DNA of 64,000 nucleotides. It comes from an uncultured Thiomicrospira sp. GTDB lineage: Bacteria; Pseudomonadota; Gammaproteobacteria; CAKMZV01. A program made the translations under genes and the position numbers. How positions within the stretch are numbered: position 1 is the first letter of the stretch; each line of letters starts with the position of its first letter. The stretch lies in the NCBI GenBank assembly GCA_965195345.1, contig OZ239628.1, positions 928,001-992,000 of the forward strand, in the 5' to 3' direction. A model generated the notes under the pieces. The model had not been told where the DNA came from, ran no database searches, and worked only from the letters and a program-made list of their open reading frames with translations. Positions 1 through 10,176 of the stretch are shown here, piece after piece.

Positions 1-820
1 GGTAAGCAAATACAGGAACGCCAAACTTTGATTTGGCACGATAAATGATATCTAAATAAGGCAATCCAGGTTTTACCATGATCATATCTGCCCCTTCTTC
101 TAAGTCTAAAGTTATTTCGCGCATAGCTTCATCAGTATTGCTGGGGTCCATTTGATAAGTTGCTTTATCCGATTTACCAAGGTTTGTTCCTGATCCCACC
201 GCTTCGCGAAAAGGACCATAGTAGGAGGATGCATATTTTGCCGAATAAGCCAAAATCATAGTATTGACAAAATTTTGTTTTTCAAGAGCTTGTCTTATTG
301 CACCAACGCGCCCATCCATCATATCAGATGGTCCAATAATATCTGCTCCAGCGTGTGCATGACATAACGCTTGGCGAACAAGAACCTCTACAGTCTCATC
401 ATTTACTATGTATCCGTTTTTATCAATCAAACCGTCTTGTCCGTGAGATGTATAAGGATCAAGGGCTACGTCACTGATCACATTAATTTGGGGGGCGAGC
501 GTTTTGATGGCATGGATGGCTCTGGGAGCAAGACCATCTTCGTTGTACGCTTCTTCAGCTTTTTCAGATTTGAGACCTTCAATTACTGGAAATATGGTGA
601 CGGCTTTGATTCCCAATTGCTCAATGTATTTGATGCGTTCAACGAGAAGGTCAATGCTTAATCGCTGAATATTTGGCATGGAAGAAATATTTTCACTGCG
701 TTTTTCCCCCTCCAAAACAAAAAACGGTTGAATCAGATCGTCAGGGGTTAGTTTGTTTTCACAAACGAGCGAACGTATATTATTGTTTTGACGTAGTCGA
801 CGTGGTCGGTTTATGCGCAT
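1..820 (-). CDS. hemB: porphobilinogen synthase (delta-aminolevulinic acid dehydratase), 3' end outside window
   Basis: Manual translation from ATG at 820: MRINRPRRLRQNNNIRSLVCENKLTPDDLIQPFFV..., later DVALDPYTSHGQDG, PSDMMDGRV, AYSAKYASSYYGPFREAV, MIMVKPG. Not in the ORF track because it runs off the edge. Confidence 0.95.
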   Translation of the reverse strand, partial: MRINRPRRLRQNNNIRSLVCENKLTPDDLIQPFFVLEGEKRSENISSMPNIQRLSIDLLVERIKYIEQLGIKAVTIFPVIEGLKSEKAEEAYNEDGLAPRAIHAIKTLAPQINVISDVALDPYTSHGQDGLIDKNGYIVNDETVEVLVRQALCHAHAGADIIGPSDMMDGRVGAIRQALEKQNFVNTMILAYSAKYASSYYGPFREAVGSGTNLGKSDKATYQMDPSNTDEAMREITLDLEEGADMIMVKPGLPYLDIIYRAKSKFGVPVFAY

Positions 821-840
821 AATATTTAAGTATAAACGAG

Positions 841-1467
841 TTAATTAAAACGATTTTCTATCGTTAGTGAAAGAAAGTTTTCTCCTGGGTTTTTATCAGT
901 AAAATCATTGTCTGAATAGTGTTGAAACTTTAAGAGAAAATTTATCCCCGTTTTAGGTAAGTCATAGCCTATAGTCCAACCGCTTACAAATTGACCGTGG
1001 GAACCGTATTCAACGTCGCCTAATTGTAAAGATGAAAAGTAGGCAATACCAAGATTTGTTTCAATGTAAACAGGGAAATTGCCGAATTGATGGCGATACG
1101 CGGATATCACTTCGATTACATTATTGACTGTTTCGACTCTACTTAGTCCAGCGCCTTCTTCACTAAATAAACCAAGCCGCCATTGAGCTAAACCAAAATA
1201 CAAAAAAGTATCTAAGTGGTAGCTATTGATTTTCACTAAATCCTCGCTAAGTGTCCAGCGGGTAGTTATTCTCCCAAAATAGAGATCACGCCCATCTACA
1301 GAGTAGCCATTATCAAATCCAATTGCATCCGCGTTTAGAGGATTGGCAAAGTAAAAAGTGGCAAGCCCAGTAATAAATCCAGCTCGAAATAAAAAGTCGC
1401 TATTTGCTTGAGAAGATGTTAAAGGGAAGATATAGAGGAAAAAAACAATAACGAAAATTCTTCTCAT
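841..1467 (-). CDS. outer-membrane beta-barrel, PagL/acyloxyacyl hydrolase-like lipid A deacylase
   Basis: Signal peptide, amphipathic strands, C-terminal FQHYS...NPGENF (H-x-S motif of PagL-like enzymes), Phe at the penultimate position. Confidence 0.6.
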   Translation of the reverse strand: MRRIFVIVFFLYIFPLTSSQANSDFLFRAGFITGLATFYFANPLNADAIGFDNGYSVDGRDLYFGRITTRWTLSEDLVKINSYHLDTFLYFGLAQWRLGLFSEEGAGLSRVETVNNVIEVISAYRHQFGNFPVYIETNLGIAYFSSLQLGDVEYGSHGQFVSGWTIGYDLPKTGINFLLKFQHYSDNDFTDKNPGENFLSLTIENRFN

Positions 1468-1475
1468 GATTAAAG

Positions 1476-3317
1476 TTAATCAACTGAACGAACGGCACCG
1501 TTTGAGGCATTAGTAACCATTTTTGCATAGGCTTTTAGAGCAGTGGAAACTTTGCGTGTTCTTAACTCATGAGGCATCCATGCATTATTTTTTCGACCTT
1601 CCTCAGCTTTACGTCTTTTCTGCAGTATAGCGTCGTCAACTTTCAAATGAATACTTCTATTAGGTATGTTAATTTCAATTACATCACCATCTTCAACTAA
1701 AGCTATTAAACCACCTTCGGCGGCTTCAGGAGAGACATGACCAATTGATAATCCGGAGGTTCCTCCAGAAAATCGCCCATCAGTAAGTAGAGCGCACGCT
1801 TTACCCAAGCCTTTCGATTTTAGATAGCTCGTAGGGTAGAGCATCTCTTGCATGCCCGGTCCACCTTTGGGGCCTTCGTAGCGAATGACGAGAACGTCGC
1901 CTTCATTAATTTGATTGTCTAAAATGGCAGAAACAGCACTATCTTGGCTTTCAAAAACGCGTGCTTTACCAGTAAAACAAAGGATAGATTCATCAACTCC
2001 CGCAGTTTTAACAACGCATCCTTGTTCTGCAATATTACCAAACAAGACTGCTAAGCCACCGTCTTTACTAAAGGCATGTTCTACATCGCGAATACAGCCA
2101 TTTGCGCGGTCTATATCCAAACTTTTCCAGCGTTTTTCTTGACCGAATGCTTGCGTGGTTCTTATGCCACCAGGGGCGGCTGAATAAAATTTGAGTATCG
2201 CTTCGTCTTTGGTGCGCGAAATGTCCCATTTATCAATGGCATCTTTAATGGTGGGGCAGTGAACGGTGGCACATTGATTGTTAATTAACCCAGCATTGTC
2301 AAGTTGTCCAAGAAAAGCCATGATGCCACCAGCACGATGTACGTCTTCCATGTGATAGGTTTGAGAATTTGGTGCTATTTTAGAAAGGCAGGGCACTTTG
2401 CGTGATAGACGATCAATATCGTCCAAACCAAAATCTATTTCTCCTTCTTTTGCAGCTGCTAACAAATGAAGAATAGTATTAGTAGATCCCCCCATCGCAA
2501 TGTCGAGAGTGATGGCATTTTCAAAGGCGGAAAAATTCGCAATGGAGCGAGGCAAAACGCTGTAATCATCATTATCATAGTGTTTTTTTGCCAAAGAAAC
2601 TATTAAAGAACCAGCGTCTAAAAAAAGTTGTTTGCGATCTATATGCGTTGCTAAACAAGAGCCGTTGCCTGGCAAAGCCAAGCCAATTGCTTCGGTCAAA
2701 CAATTCATGGAGTTTGCAGTAAACATTCCAGAGCATGAACCGCAAGTTGGACAAGCGCTTTCTTCGTAAACACCCACCTCAGCATCACTTAAACTGTCAT
2801 CGACAGCTTTTACCATGGCATCAATTAAATCAACTTTGATGGATTGACCACCAAGAATTGCTTTGCCAGCTTCCATTGGACCACCTGAGACAAAAATCGT
2901 TGGAATATTTAAACGCATTGCAGCGTTAAACATTCCTGGGGTTATCTTGTCACAATTAGATATACATATTAAGGCATCCGCACAATGTGCATTACACATA
3001 TATTCAACAGAATCTGCGATCAAATCGCGCGAAGGTAAAGAATAGAGCATGCCATCATGCCCCATAGCAATGCCATCATCGACTGCGATGGTATTAAACT
3101 CTTTAGCAATTCCACCCGATTTCTCCACTTGTCTTGCGACCAGTTGCCCCATGTCTTTAAGATGTACATGCCCGGGTACAAACTGAGTGAATGAATTAGA
3201 AATAGCAACGATGGGTTTGCCAAAGTCTGCAGGACCTACACCTGTAGCACGCCATAAGGCACGAGCCCCGGCCATATTTCGTCCGTCTGTAGAAGTTTTT
3301 GAGCGGTATTCAGGCAT
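1476..3317 (-). CDS. ilvD: dihydroxy-acid dehydratase
   Basis: [55 protein letters not shown]. Confidence 0.98.
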   Translation of the reverse strand: MPEYRSKTSTDGRNMAGARALWRATGVGPADFGKPIVAISNSFTQFVPGHVHLKDMGQLVARQVEKSGGIAKEFNTIAVDDGIAMGHDGMLYSLPSRDLIADSVEYMCNAHCADALICISNCDKITPGMFNAAMRLNIPTIFVSGGPMEAGKAILGGQSIKVDLIDAMVKAVDDSLSDAEVGVYEESACPTCGSCSGMFTANSMNCLTEAIGLALPGNGSCLATHIDRKQLFLDAGSLIVSLAKKHYDNDDYSVLPRSIANFSAFENAITLDIAMGGSTNTILHLLAAAKEGEIDFGLDDIDRLSRKVPCLSKIAPNSQTYHMEDVHRAGGIMAFLGQLDNAGLINNQCATVHCPTIKDAIDKWDISRTKDEAILKFYSAAPGGIRTTQAFGQEKRWKSLDIDRANGCIRDVEHAFSKDGGLAVLFGNIAEQGCVVKTAGVDESILCFTGKARVFESQDSAVSAILDNQINEGDVLVIRYEGPKGGPGMQEMLYPTSYLKSKGLGKACALLTDGRFSGGTSGLSIGHVSPEAAEGGLIALVEDGDVIEINIPNRSIHLKVDDAILQKRRKAEEGRKNNAWMPHELRTRKVSTALKAYAKMVTNASNGAVRSVD

Positions 3318-3398
3318 AATATCTTTAGGTTTTGGCTACAATTATCGAGGATTCTTTATCAGGGTAATTGTACTGTAAATGCGTTTTTCTTTATTTTT

Positions 3399-3474
3399 TG
3401 GTCTCCCCGTCAGGACTTGAACCTGAATTTAGAGCTTAGGAGGCACCCGTTTTATCCAGTTAAACTACGGAGAG
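3399..3474 (-). tRNA. tRNA-Arg(CCT)
   Basis: 76-nt cloverleaf on the minus strand: acceptor CTCTCCG/CGGGGAG, anticodon loop CT-CCT-AA, T arm TCAGG-TTCAAGT-CCTGA, encoded CCA. Confidence 0.9.
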
Positions 3475-3480
3475 GTTACC

Positions 3481-3798
3481 TTACTTTAACGTGGCAATGT
3501 AAGCGGCTACATTTTCAATATCCGCATCGCTCAAAGCCGCCGCCATTGGTGCCATTACTGCCGTCATCGCACCTATTTGCTCTCCAGATCGGTATTGTTT
3601 AAGCTTTTTTATTACATCGTTTTCGTCACTTCCCGCTAACTTGGGGAACGGAGCGATTCCTTCGCCGTTTACACCATGACAGCTAATGCAAATAGAAGCA
3701 AATTTTGTTTTTCCTGCTTCTATATCACCAGCAAATGCTACAGGAGCGCAGAGAGCTGCTAATAAAAATGATGTTGAGAGAAAGGTTTTTTGCTTCAT
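3481..3798 (-). CDS. periplasmic monoheme class I cytochrome c (c553/c4-like)
   Basis: Sec signal ending AFA, CISCH heme motif, P.LAG, distal Met in MAPMA; AGGAG RBS. Confidence 0.92.
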   Translation of the reverse strand: MKQKTFLSTSFLLAALCAPVAFAGDIEAGKTKFASICISCHGVNGEGIAPFPKLAGSDENDVIKKLKQYRSGEQIGAMTAVMAPMAAALSDADIENVAAYIATLK

Positions 3799-3850
3799 GG
3801 TAATTACTCCTTATAAAAAATTCAAACGAAAATGTTCTCTGAGTGAAATT

Positions 3851-3888
3851 ATAAATATGGAACATAAATATGGAACATAAATATAAAC
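3851..3888. repeat. 13-bp tandem repeat ATAAATATGGAAC x2 plus a degenerate third copy, upstream of the cytochrome c gene
   Basis: Copies at 3851-3863 and 3864-3876; ATAAATATAAAC at 3877-3888. Confidence 0.85.
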
Positions 3889-3964
3889 ACACCACAACCC
3901 CGAACTTTCATTATACCAAGTAAGTAAATATTATATTGATTAGTAATGTGGTTCCATTTTTTGA

Positions 3965-6097
3965 TTACGGTCTAAGACCTAATGCACGATTGGCAGCGTT
4001 CTCTTTGGAGTTAGAAAGTCCAATGGATGATAAGTTTTTGAGTACCAGCTCAAAATTTAGTTCTGTCAATCGTTCTTGGGAACGATCGTTTACTAATTGT
4101 TGGCTTTCGAAAAAAACATTGAACTGCCAGCAACAATCGTCGTACGACGCTCCAACCAGTAGAGTATTTAAATGTTCTTGTTCAACATTGTAGTTGGTCA
4201 AAGTGGCAATATTCCAATTTTGAGTTAATTGCAGGCTGTATCCGAAGGCAAAAAATCTATATATGTCATTCATAATATTTTCACGTAAGAAATTTGCGCG
4301 CAGTGCATAGCGTTTTTGTTCATAAAGTAGATTGCTGCTGAAAAAATTAATGTTTTCAAAATCTTCATCCCATTGTGTTGATACATCGAGACTTACGGCG
4401 TTAAGTGATAAAAGGGATTCTACAAACCAGTTATCAAAAGAATCAGCATTCGAGCGGATTAAACGTGGTTGTTCAATGTTGATATTCCGCCCTATACTTG
4501 TGCGAAGAAATAAAGTCGAATCAGGGACGAAAAACGTTTGGTTAAGAGCAGCCACAACTCTATTGGCATCGTTTATACGGTCGTAACCATTGAATTCAAG
4601 TGGGTCATAAAGTTGTTCTAATCTAGTAATACTTTTGCGAGAGGTCTCTAAATTTGGAATGTCTTCTTGTTCTACGTAAGGCGTATAAATGTAGTGCAAA
4701 GAAGGGATGAGGGTAGTGGACATTGAATTCCTTAGACTATCGGGAGTATTGTCAATATAAAGTTCGCTCCCGAGATGAATATATCCATTTGCAATATTAA
4801 ATGAACGCGATCCGCCATTGTTGAGTTGTTGCGCTTCATAATGATTTAAAAGTGCGCCTGCTTCGGTTAATAATTGATACTGTAGGGATGAATACTGCCA
4901 TCTCCAATGTGGGTTAAAAACGAAACGAGTTACTTCTGGAGCGATAGCATTTTGTACTGGATCTCTAAATTGAGTTGCTTGTGAGTTTAAGGTTACTCTG
5001 CTATTCCCCGTTCTATCAAGATAGTAGATGTTTTCTACTTGAGGAACTTTTTGTACACCATCTAAGCTCTCATCAACCAATGATATATTATCTTGCACAG
5101 AAACATAAGTATAAGATTTGGGTACTGTATATGTTAAACGAAAGTAACGATCAACAGAAGCACTGTATCTGTCTTTAAAGATGTCAGGGAAGATCTGATT
5201 GAAATTTCTTGGAGCAAAGTAGACATAGTTTGCTTCTAGTGAAAGTTGATCGTCAAGCTGGCCATTATGTTTCCAAAGTATGCGTTGAGAGTCACTTGCT
5301 TCCTGATCTTCCAGTATAGGATCATTTGCAAGATTGGCTATATTAAATTCGCCGTTATGTGTTTTTTCAAATAGGTAACGAAACTCTCCACTGGCAAGAG
5401 TGCCACGTTCATCAAGATAGGTCCCATACAAAGTAGCATCGTAATTAGGAGCTAAGTTGAGAAAAATGCCTTGAGAGACATAGAAAGACTCTCTTCCTGT
5501 ATTATTATTTGAAGCAGGAGCTTGAAAAAAACCAAAACTTGGAGCAAGAAGTCCGGATGCACGTACCGTGTTCATGCTGAAATAAGGTGTATAGAGAAAC
5601 GGAATGCCTTGAAACCAAAGGGACACATTATAACTTTCGATTTTCCCGCTTTCGGCATCATATGTTGACTCTTGTGATTGAACCCACCAAGCAACGTTTT
5701 CTTCCTCACCTGGGCAGTAGCTGAGCTTTGCATCTGTAAATTCGCTGGAAAGTGGATCGTTTTTAAAAGAACCACCCCAAACTTGCAACTCCCCTTGTTG
5801 AAAATGGAATGGCTCATCCGTACGGTAAGATTCTGAGCGTTTCCTAAAAATAAAGCGATCACCTCGGACTTCAAATTTCCGATGGTTAATATAGCTATCT
5901 TTATAAAGTATTAATTCACCTTCAGCATCAAGAGAAAGAGATTGAGTTTGAATTTCCGTTTGATCAGGAACTACTCTGGTAAGGGTTGGGCAGAGCGTAC
6001 TTACATCAGAATTTTTTGTAGATACAGCCATGGACGATGTCAATGGTAAAATAACCAATATGAAAAGAACGAATCTAATGTTCAACTTTAAAGGCAA
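3965..6097 (-). CDS. lptD: LPS-assembly protein LptD
   Basis: Signal peptide; LSYCP..WW, IPFLYTPYF, RASGLLAP, NLAPNYDAT, F.GYDRI.DAN, YDDCCW; divergent from amgK-murU as is usual. Confidence 0.93.
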   Translation of the reverse strand: MPLKLNIRFVLFILVILPLTSSMAVSTKNSDVSTLCPTLTRVVPDQTEIQTQSLSLDAEGELILYKDSYINHRKFEVRGDRFIFRKRSESYRTDEPFHFQQGELQVWGGSFKNDPLSSEFTDAKLSYCPGEEENVAWWVQSQESTYDAESGKIESYNVSLWFQGIPFLYTPYFSMNTVRASGLLAPSFGFFQAPASNNNTGRESFYVSQGIFLNLAPNYDATLYGTYLDERGTLASGEFRYLFEKTHNGEFNIANLANDPILEDQEASDSQRILWKHNGQLDDQLSLEANYVYFAPRNFNQIFPDIFKDRYSASVDRYFRLTYTVPKSYTYVSVQDNISLVDESLDGVQKVPQVENIYYLDRTGNSRVTLNSQATQFRDPVQNAIAPEVTRFVFNPHWRWQYSSLQYQLLTEAGALLNHYEAQQLNNGGSRSFNIANGYIHLGSELYIDNTPDSLRNSMSTTLIPSLHYIYTPYVEQEDIPNLETSRKSITRLEQLYDPLEFNGYDRINDANRVVAALNQTFFVPDSTLFLRTSIGRNINIEQPRLIRSNADSFDNWFVESLLSLNAVSLDVSTQWDEDFENINFFSSNLLYEQKRYALRANFLRENIMNDIYRFFAFGYSLQLTQNWNIATLTNYNVEQEHLNTLLVGASYDDCCWQFNVFFESQQLVNDRSQERLTELNFELVLKNLSSIGLSNSKENAANRALGLRP

Positions 6098-6198
6098 CGT
6101 ATTTGACTCACAAAAAAGAAGCCAAGTTGTTAGTATTTATTATGTCCAGTATTTTATTGGACGTATAGGCTAGCATTACCGTATTTTAAACCAACTTA

Positions 6199-7227
6199 AT
6201 GGCTACATCTGTTCAAAACAATCAAACGAGTTCAAGATGCTGTTCTTCCGTTGAAGAGTTACCGCAGCGGTTTAGTTTTCTTTGTGAATGGCTTGCAGAA
6301 ATAGAATGCTCAGGCACGATAGAAAAAATTGCTGGCGATGCCAGTTGGAGAAAGTTTTATCGAATTCAAAAAAACGAATCAAAAGAATGGCAAAGTGCAA
6401 TAGCTATTGATGCTCCTCCGCCTCATGAGGATGTCAACGCGATTGCAATAGCGCTCGATTGGTTTAGTGTTAATGAAAAATTAAAATTCCCCAAAATTTA
6501 TGCCATAGACATAAAGAAAGGGTTTGCATTAGTAGAGGATTTTGGAGATGAGCTGGTGCAGTTCAGTTTAAATAATAATGAGAAGCTGCATTACAAAAAT
6601 TTAATAATTGGCTTAGCACAAATGCAAACCACTGATATTAAGAAAAACGTTCCTTTATACGATGAAACGTTGTTGTTATCAGAGATGGCTCTATTTGAAG
6701 AATGGTTGATCGGTAAGCATCTCAAAATATCTTTAAGTACTGAACAATTAGAGTTATTTCAAAATGTAAAAAAAACAGTTGTCAAAGAGGTTTTGAATCA
6801 ACAGCAATGTTTGGTACATCGTGATTTCCATAGCAAGAATATTCTGTTTTTTGGAAATAGTTACGGAGTTGTTGATTTTCAAGATGCTTGTAAAGGTGCC
6901 TATACTTACGACCTCGTATCGCTACTAAGAGATGCCTATCATAAAACGGATCATTTAAACGAATGGCTTCATCTTTTCTTTGAAAATGGTGAGCAAAAAA
7001 AAGATTTTTCAAGTTTTCAAAAAGATTTTCATTGGACGTGTATTCAGCGGCAATTGAAAGTGGCTGGTATTTTTTATAGGCTATGGTTGCGTGATGGGAA
7101 GGACAGTTATTTGAAATACATTCCGCTCGTATTTGATTACTTATTAACTTCTATTAATGCAGTGCCGCTCGATAAAGACTTTGCCTTGTTAATTCGAGAT
7201 ATTAGAGCTATGTTATGCAAGCAATGA
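6199..7227 (+). CDS. amgK: anomeric MurNAc/GlcNAc kinase (APH-family phosphotransferase)
   Basis: GDASWRKFYR, HRDFHSKN, DFQDA, YDLVSLLRD, RQLKVAGIF; overlaps murU. Confidence 0.88.
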   Translation: MATSVQNNQTSSRCCSSVEELPQRFSFLCEWLAEIECSGTIEKIAGDASWRKFYRIQKNESKEWQSAIAIDAPPPHEDVNAIAIALDWFSVNEKLKFPKIYAIDIKKGFALVEDFGDELVQFSLNNNEKLHYKNLIIGLAQMQTTDIKKNVPLYDETLLLSEMALFEEWLIGKHLKISLSTEQLELFQNVKKTVVKEVLNQQQCLVHRDFHSKNILFFGNSYGVVDFQDACKGAYTYDLVSLLRDAYHKTDHLNEWLHLFFENGEQKKDFSSFQKDFHWTCIQRQLKVAGIFYRLWLRDGKDSYLKYIPLVFDYLLTSINAVPLDKDFALLIRDIRAMLCKQ

Positions 7228-7877
7228 TTTTAGCAGCGGGGTACGGTAAAAGATTGCGCCCGCTAACAGATGTTCTGCCTAAAGCATTGATGCTCGTTGA
7301 TGAACACACCTTAATTGAAAAACATTTGTATAAATTACGTAAAGTTGGCGTTGAAAAAGTTGTAATAAATACTCATTGGTTAGGACAAGAGATAATCGAT
7401 TTTTTACAAGATGGATCACGTTACGATGTACAAATAGTATACAGCGAAGAAGAGAATTTGCTCGACAGTGGTGGTGGAATTAAAAACGCATTAAAGCATT
7501 TGGGAAAGGAGGCGTTTTTCGTCATTAATGCTGATGTGTTTTGTGAAGGTGGTTATGAACAGCTTAGTAAAGTTGTTTTGCATGGGGATATATTAGGGCA
7601 TGTTCTTTTAACACCAAATCCTGAGCATAACAAAGAGGGGGATTTTTCGATGGGTGATGGTTTGCTTTGTGCTGGGAAATCCTATACGTTTAGCGGAATC
7701 AGTCTGCTTTCTCCGAAATTATTTGAACTTGAAGCTCGCACAATATTCGGATTGGGAGATGTGCTGAGAAAAGCTTGCCAAAACAAACTCATTGCATCAA
7801 GCTTGTTAGAAGGGCTTTGGTTTGACGTGGGAACGGTTGAGCGTTTAAAAGAAGTACAAAATCTATTAATCAGATAA
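7215..7877 (+). CDS. murU: N-acetylmuramate-alpha-1-phosphate uridylyltransferase
   Basis: MILAAGYGKRLRPLT..PK, DSGGGI..AL, NADV, NP.HN..GDF, W.DVGT.ERL. Confidence 0.9.
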   Translation: MQAMILAAGYGKRLRPLTDVLPKALMLVDEHTLIEKHLYKLRKVGVEKVVINTHWLGQEIIDFLQDGSRYDVQIVYSEEENLLDSGGGIKNALKHLGKEAFFVINADVFCEGGYEQLSKVVLHGDILGHVLLTPNPEHNKEGDFSMGDGLLCAGKSYTFSGISLLSPKLFELEARTIFGLGDVLRKACQNKLIASSLLEGLWFDVGTVERLKEVQNLLIR

Positions 7878-7995
7878 ATTTTCTCATAAGCTTTTAAGTA
7901 CCATTTTTTGGTGCTTAAGTGTCCGGTTTGATCATCATACAATGTCTTTTTGACAGCCTTCGTTATTTTTTTAATACTATCTTTTCTCTCAATCA

Positions 7996-10176
7996 ATGAG
8001 TATTGTCCCTTCAACTATCAATAGTTTGAGGAATGCGCTTGCTCTACAGCAGTGGATATTGTTCAGTGTTGGATTTTTATGGCTCTGTTGGTTAAGCTTT
8101 AACTGGTTACACTGGTGGCTTTATCCAAATCCATTTCCCGCGGATATGGTAGGGCGTTTATTAGTTGTGGAAGGGACCGTAGACGGTTTAGTAAGAACGA
8201 ACCACGACAGAAAAAATAAACGATTTACTTTCAAAATAGATCGAATAGAAACAGGGGTAAACACGATTTGTGAGAAGAAAGTCAAAGTTCGCTTGGCCGT
8301 GTATTACGATGAAACAGTTCCTCTTGTCAAAAGTGGTGAGCGTTGGCGTTTTGTTGTTCGTCTTAAACAGCCTAATGGACAAGCGAGTATGGGCTCTAAT
8401 AACTACGAAGATTGGCTATTTGAGAATCGCATTCAGGCAACGGGCTATGTGCATAAAGATTATTTATCGGAACGTTTAGAGGATGCCTCTTGGTGGGATT
8501 ATGACGTATGGCGCACGGCACTCATAGAACATATAGAAATTGTATTGCCTACGGGCAACGGTAGAGCTTTAGTTAAAGCCTTAGTGTTGGGTGATCGAAG
8601 TGAAGTATCACAAGAAACATGGTCCGCATTAATTGCGACGGGGACCAGTCATCTATTAGCAATCTCTGGGCTTCATATAGGTTTGATCGCACTTTTCTTT
8701 GGTTACATTGGTGGGTTTATATGGAGACGTTCTCATCGATTGTGTCTGTTTATACCAGCTCCTATGATGATAACGATTTGTGCATTATTGGGCGGGTTTT
8801 TGTATGCTGCACTGGCAGGATTTTCAATACCCACATTTCGTGCTGTGTTAATGCTGATGGTGGTTTGTGTGGGTTTTTTGAGCAAGCGATATTTTCCCAC
8901 GTGGTTTATTTTATTTGCAGCATTAATCGTTGTTTCTTCTGCACAACCAGCAAGTATTCTAAGTGCTGGCTTTGTATTATCTTTTTTGGCAACAGCAATC
9001 ATACTTAATGTCTTACGTAAGTCAAAGGAAAATGAAAATAAATTTGTCTTCTGGATAAGATTGCAAGTTATTCTCACTCTGATAATGTATCCAGCAGTCA
9101 TTTGGTATTTTGGGCAGATTTCGTCGATTTCAGTATTGATTAATTTAGTGTTTGTTCCATTGATTGGGTGGTTCGTTTTGCCTTTTGTTTTTTTTATGGT
9201 GCTACTGTCTTTTGTTTTTCCTCAATGGTTATTCAGTACGGATTGGGTTTTAAGCGCTATGGCTGAAATGCTTTTTTATGCAGAGCATATTTCTGGAGGA
9301 AGTATTGATTGGACGAGACCTTTCATTTTTCAGATTATTCTTGCTATTGTTTTACTATGGATCATTTGCTTAGGGAATGGGCAGTGGTGGAAACGTTTAT
9401 CCTATGGATTGGTATGCGTTGCATTGCTTTACCCGTACGCTCATAGAATTGAAAATGGACGTGCCGACATTGTTGTATTGGATGTTGGGCAAGGATTATC
9501 TGTGTTAATCATGACACGTAATCATACAATGTTATTTGATACAGGACTAGAAGGAATGGGGCAAAGGGTTATTAATCCAGCTGTTCGATATTTTGGCAGA
9601 AGAAATCTTGACATCATAGCAGTAAGCCATGATGATATTGATCATAGAGGTGGGTTGAAATGGTTGAAAAAACGTTATCCTTTAGCCAGAGTTGTAAAGG
9701 ATGAAGATTGCATGGGGCATTGGCGTTGGGATGAGGTAACGTTCACTTGGTTGCCTACAGAAGGTTTTGAAGGAAATAACCGCTCTTGTGTTTTAAGGAT
9801 AGTAGCTAATGGGGAGGCTTTTTTGTTGACAGGAGATATCGAGAAAGAGGCTGAAATGAGTTTAATAAAAAAATACGACTTGACTGCTCATTGGCTACTA
9901 TCTCCACATCATGGTTCAAAGACTTCAAGCAGCATGCCTTTTCTTCAGAAAACAAAAGCACGTAATGTTTTTGTTTCGGCAGGCTTTCAATCCCGCTATG
10001 GACACCCTCACAAAAAAGTAATAGAGCGATACCATCAATTGGGAATGAACGTGTACAACACAGCGTGTAGTGGAAGTGCGCTGGTTCGCCTCGGTGCCAA
10101 TGCTACAATGCCAACACTTGAGTGGCGCAAACATCAAATGAAATTCTGGTGGCGCCAATGCAATCAAACAAAATGA
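7996..10176 (+). CDS. comEC: DNA uptake channel ComEC/Rec2
   Basis: OB-like region, TGTSHLLAISGLHIG, metallo-beta-lactamase domain (DVGQG, SHDDIDHRGG, LTGDIE, PHHGS, YGHPH). Confidence 0.95.
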   Translation: MSIVPSTINSLRNALALQQWILFSVGFLWLCWLSFNWLHWWLYPNPFPADMVGRLLVVEGTVDGLVRTNHDRKNKRFTFKIDRIETGVNTICEKKVKVRLAVYYDETVPLVKSGERWRFVVRLKQPNGQASMGSNNYEDWLFENRIQATGYVHKDYLSERLEDASWWDYDVWRTALIEHIEIVLPTGNGRALVKALVLGDRSEVSQETWSALIATGTSHLLAISGLHIGLIALFFGYIGGFIWRRSHRLCLFIPAPMMITICALLGGFLYAALAGFSIPTFRAVLMLMVVCVGFLSKRYFPTWFILFAALIVVSSAQPASILSAGFVLSFLATAIILNVLRKSKENENKFVFWIRLQVILTLIMYPAVIWYFGQISSISVLINLVFVPLIGWFVLPFVFFMVLLSFVFPQWLFSTDWVLSAMAEMLFYAEHISGGSIDWTRPFIFQIILAIVLLWIICLGNGQWWKRLSYGLVCVALLYPYAHRIENGRADIVVLDVGQGLSVLIMTRNHTMLFDTGLEGMGQRVINPAVRYFGRRNLDIIAVSHDDIDHRGGLKWLKKRYPLARVVKDEDCMGHWRWDEVTFTWLPTEGFEGNNRSCVLRIVANGEAFLLTGDIEKEAEMSLIKKYDLTAHWLLSPHHGSKTSSSMPFLQKTKARNVFVSAGFQSRYGHPHKKVIERYHQLGMNVYNTACSGSALVRLGANATMPTLEWRKHQMKFWWRQCNQTK

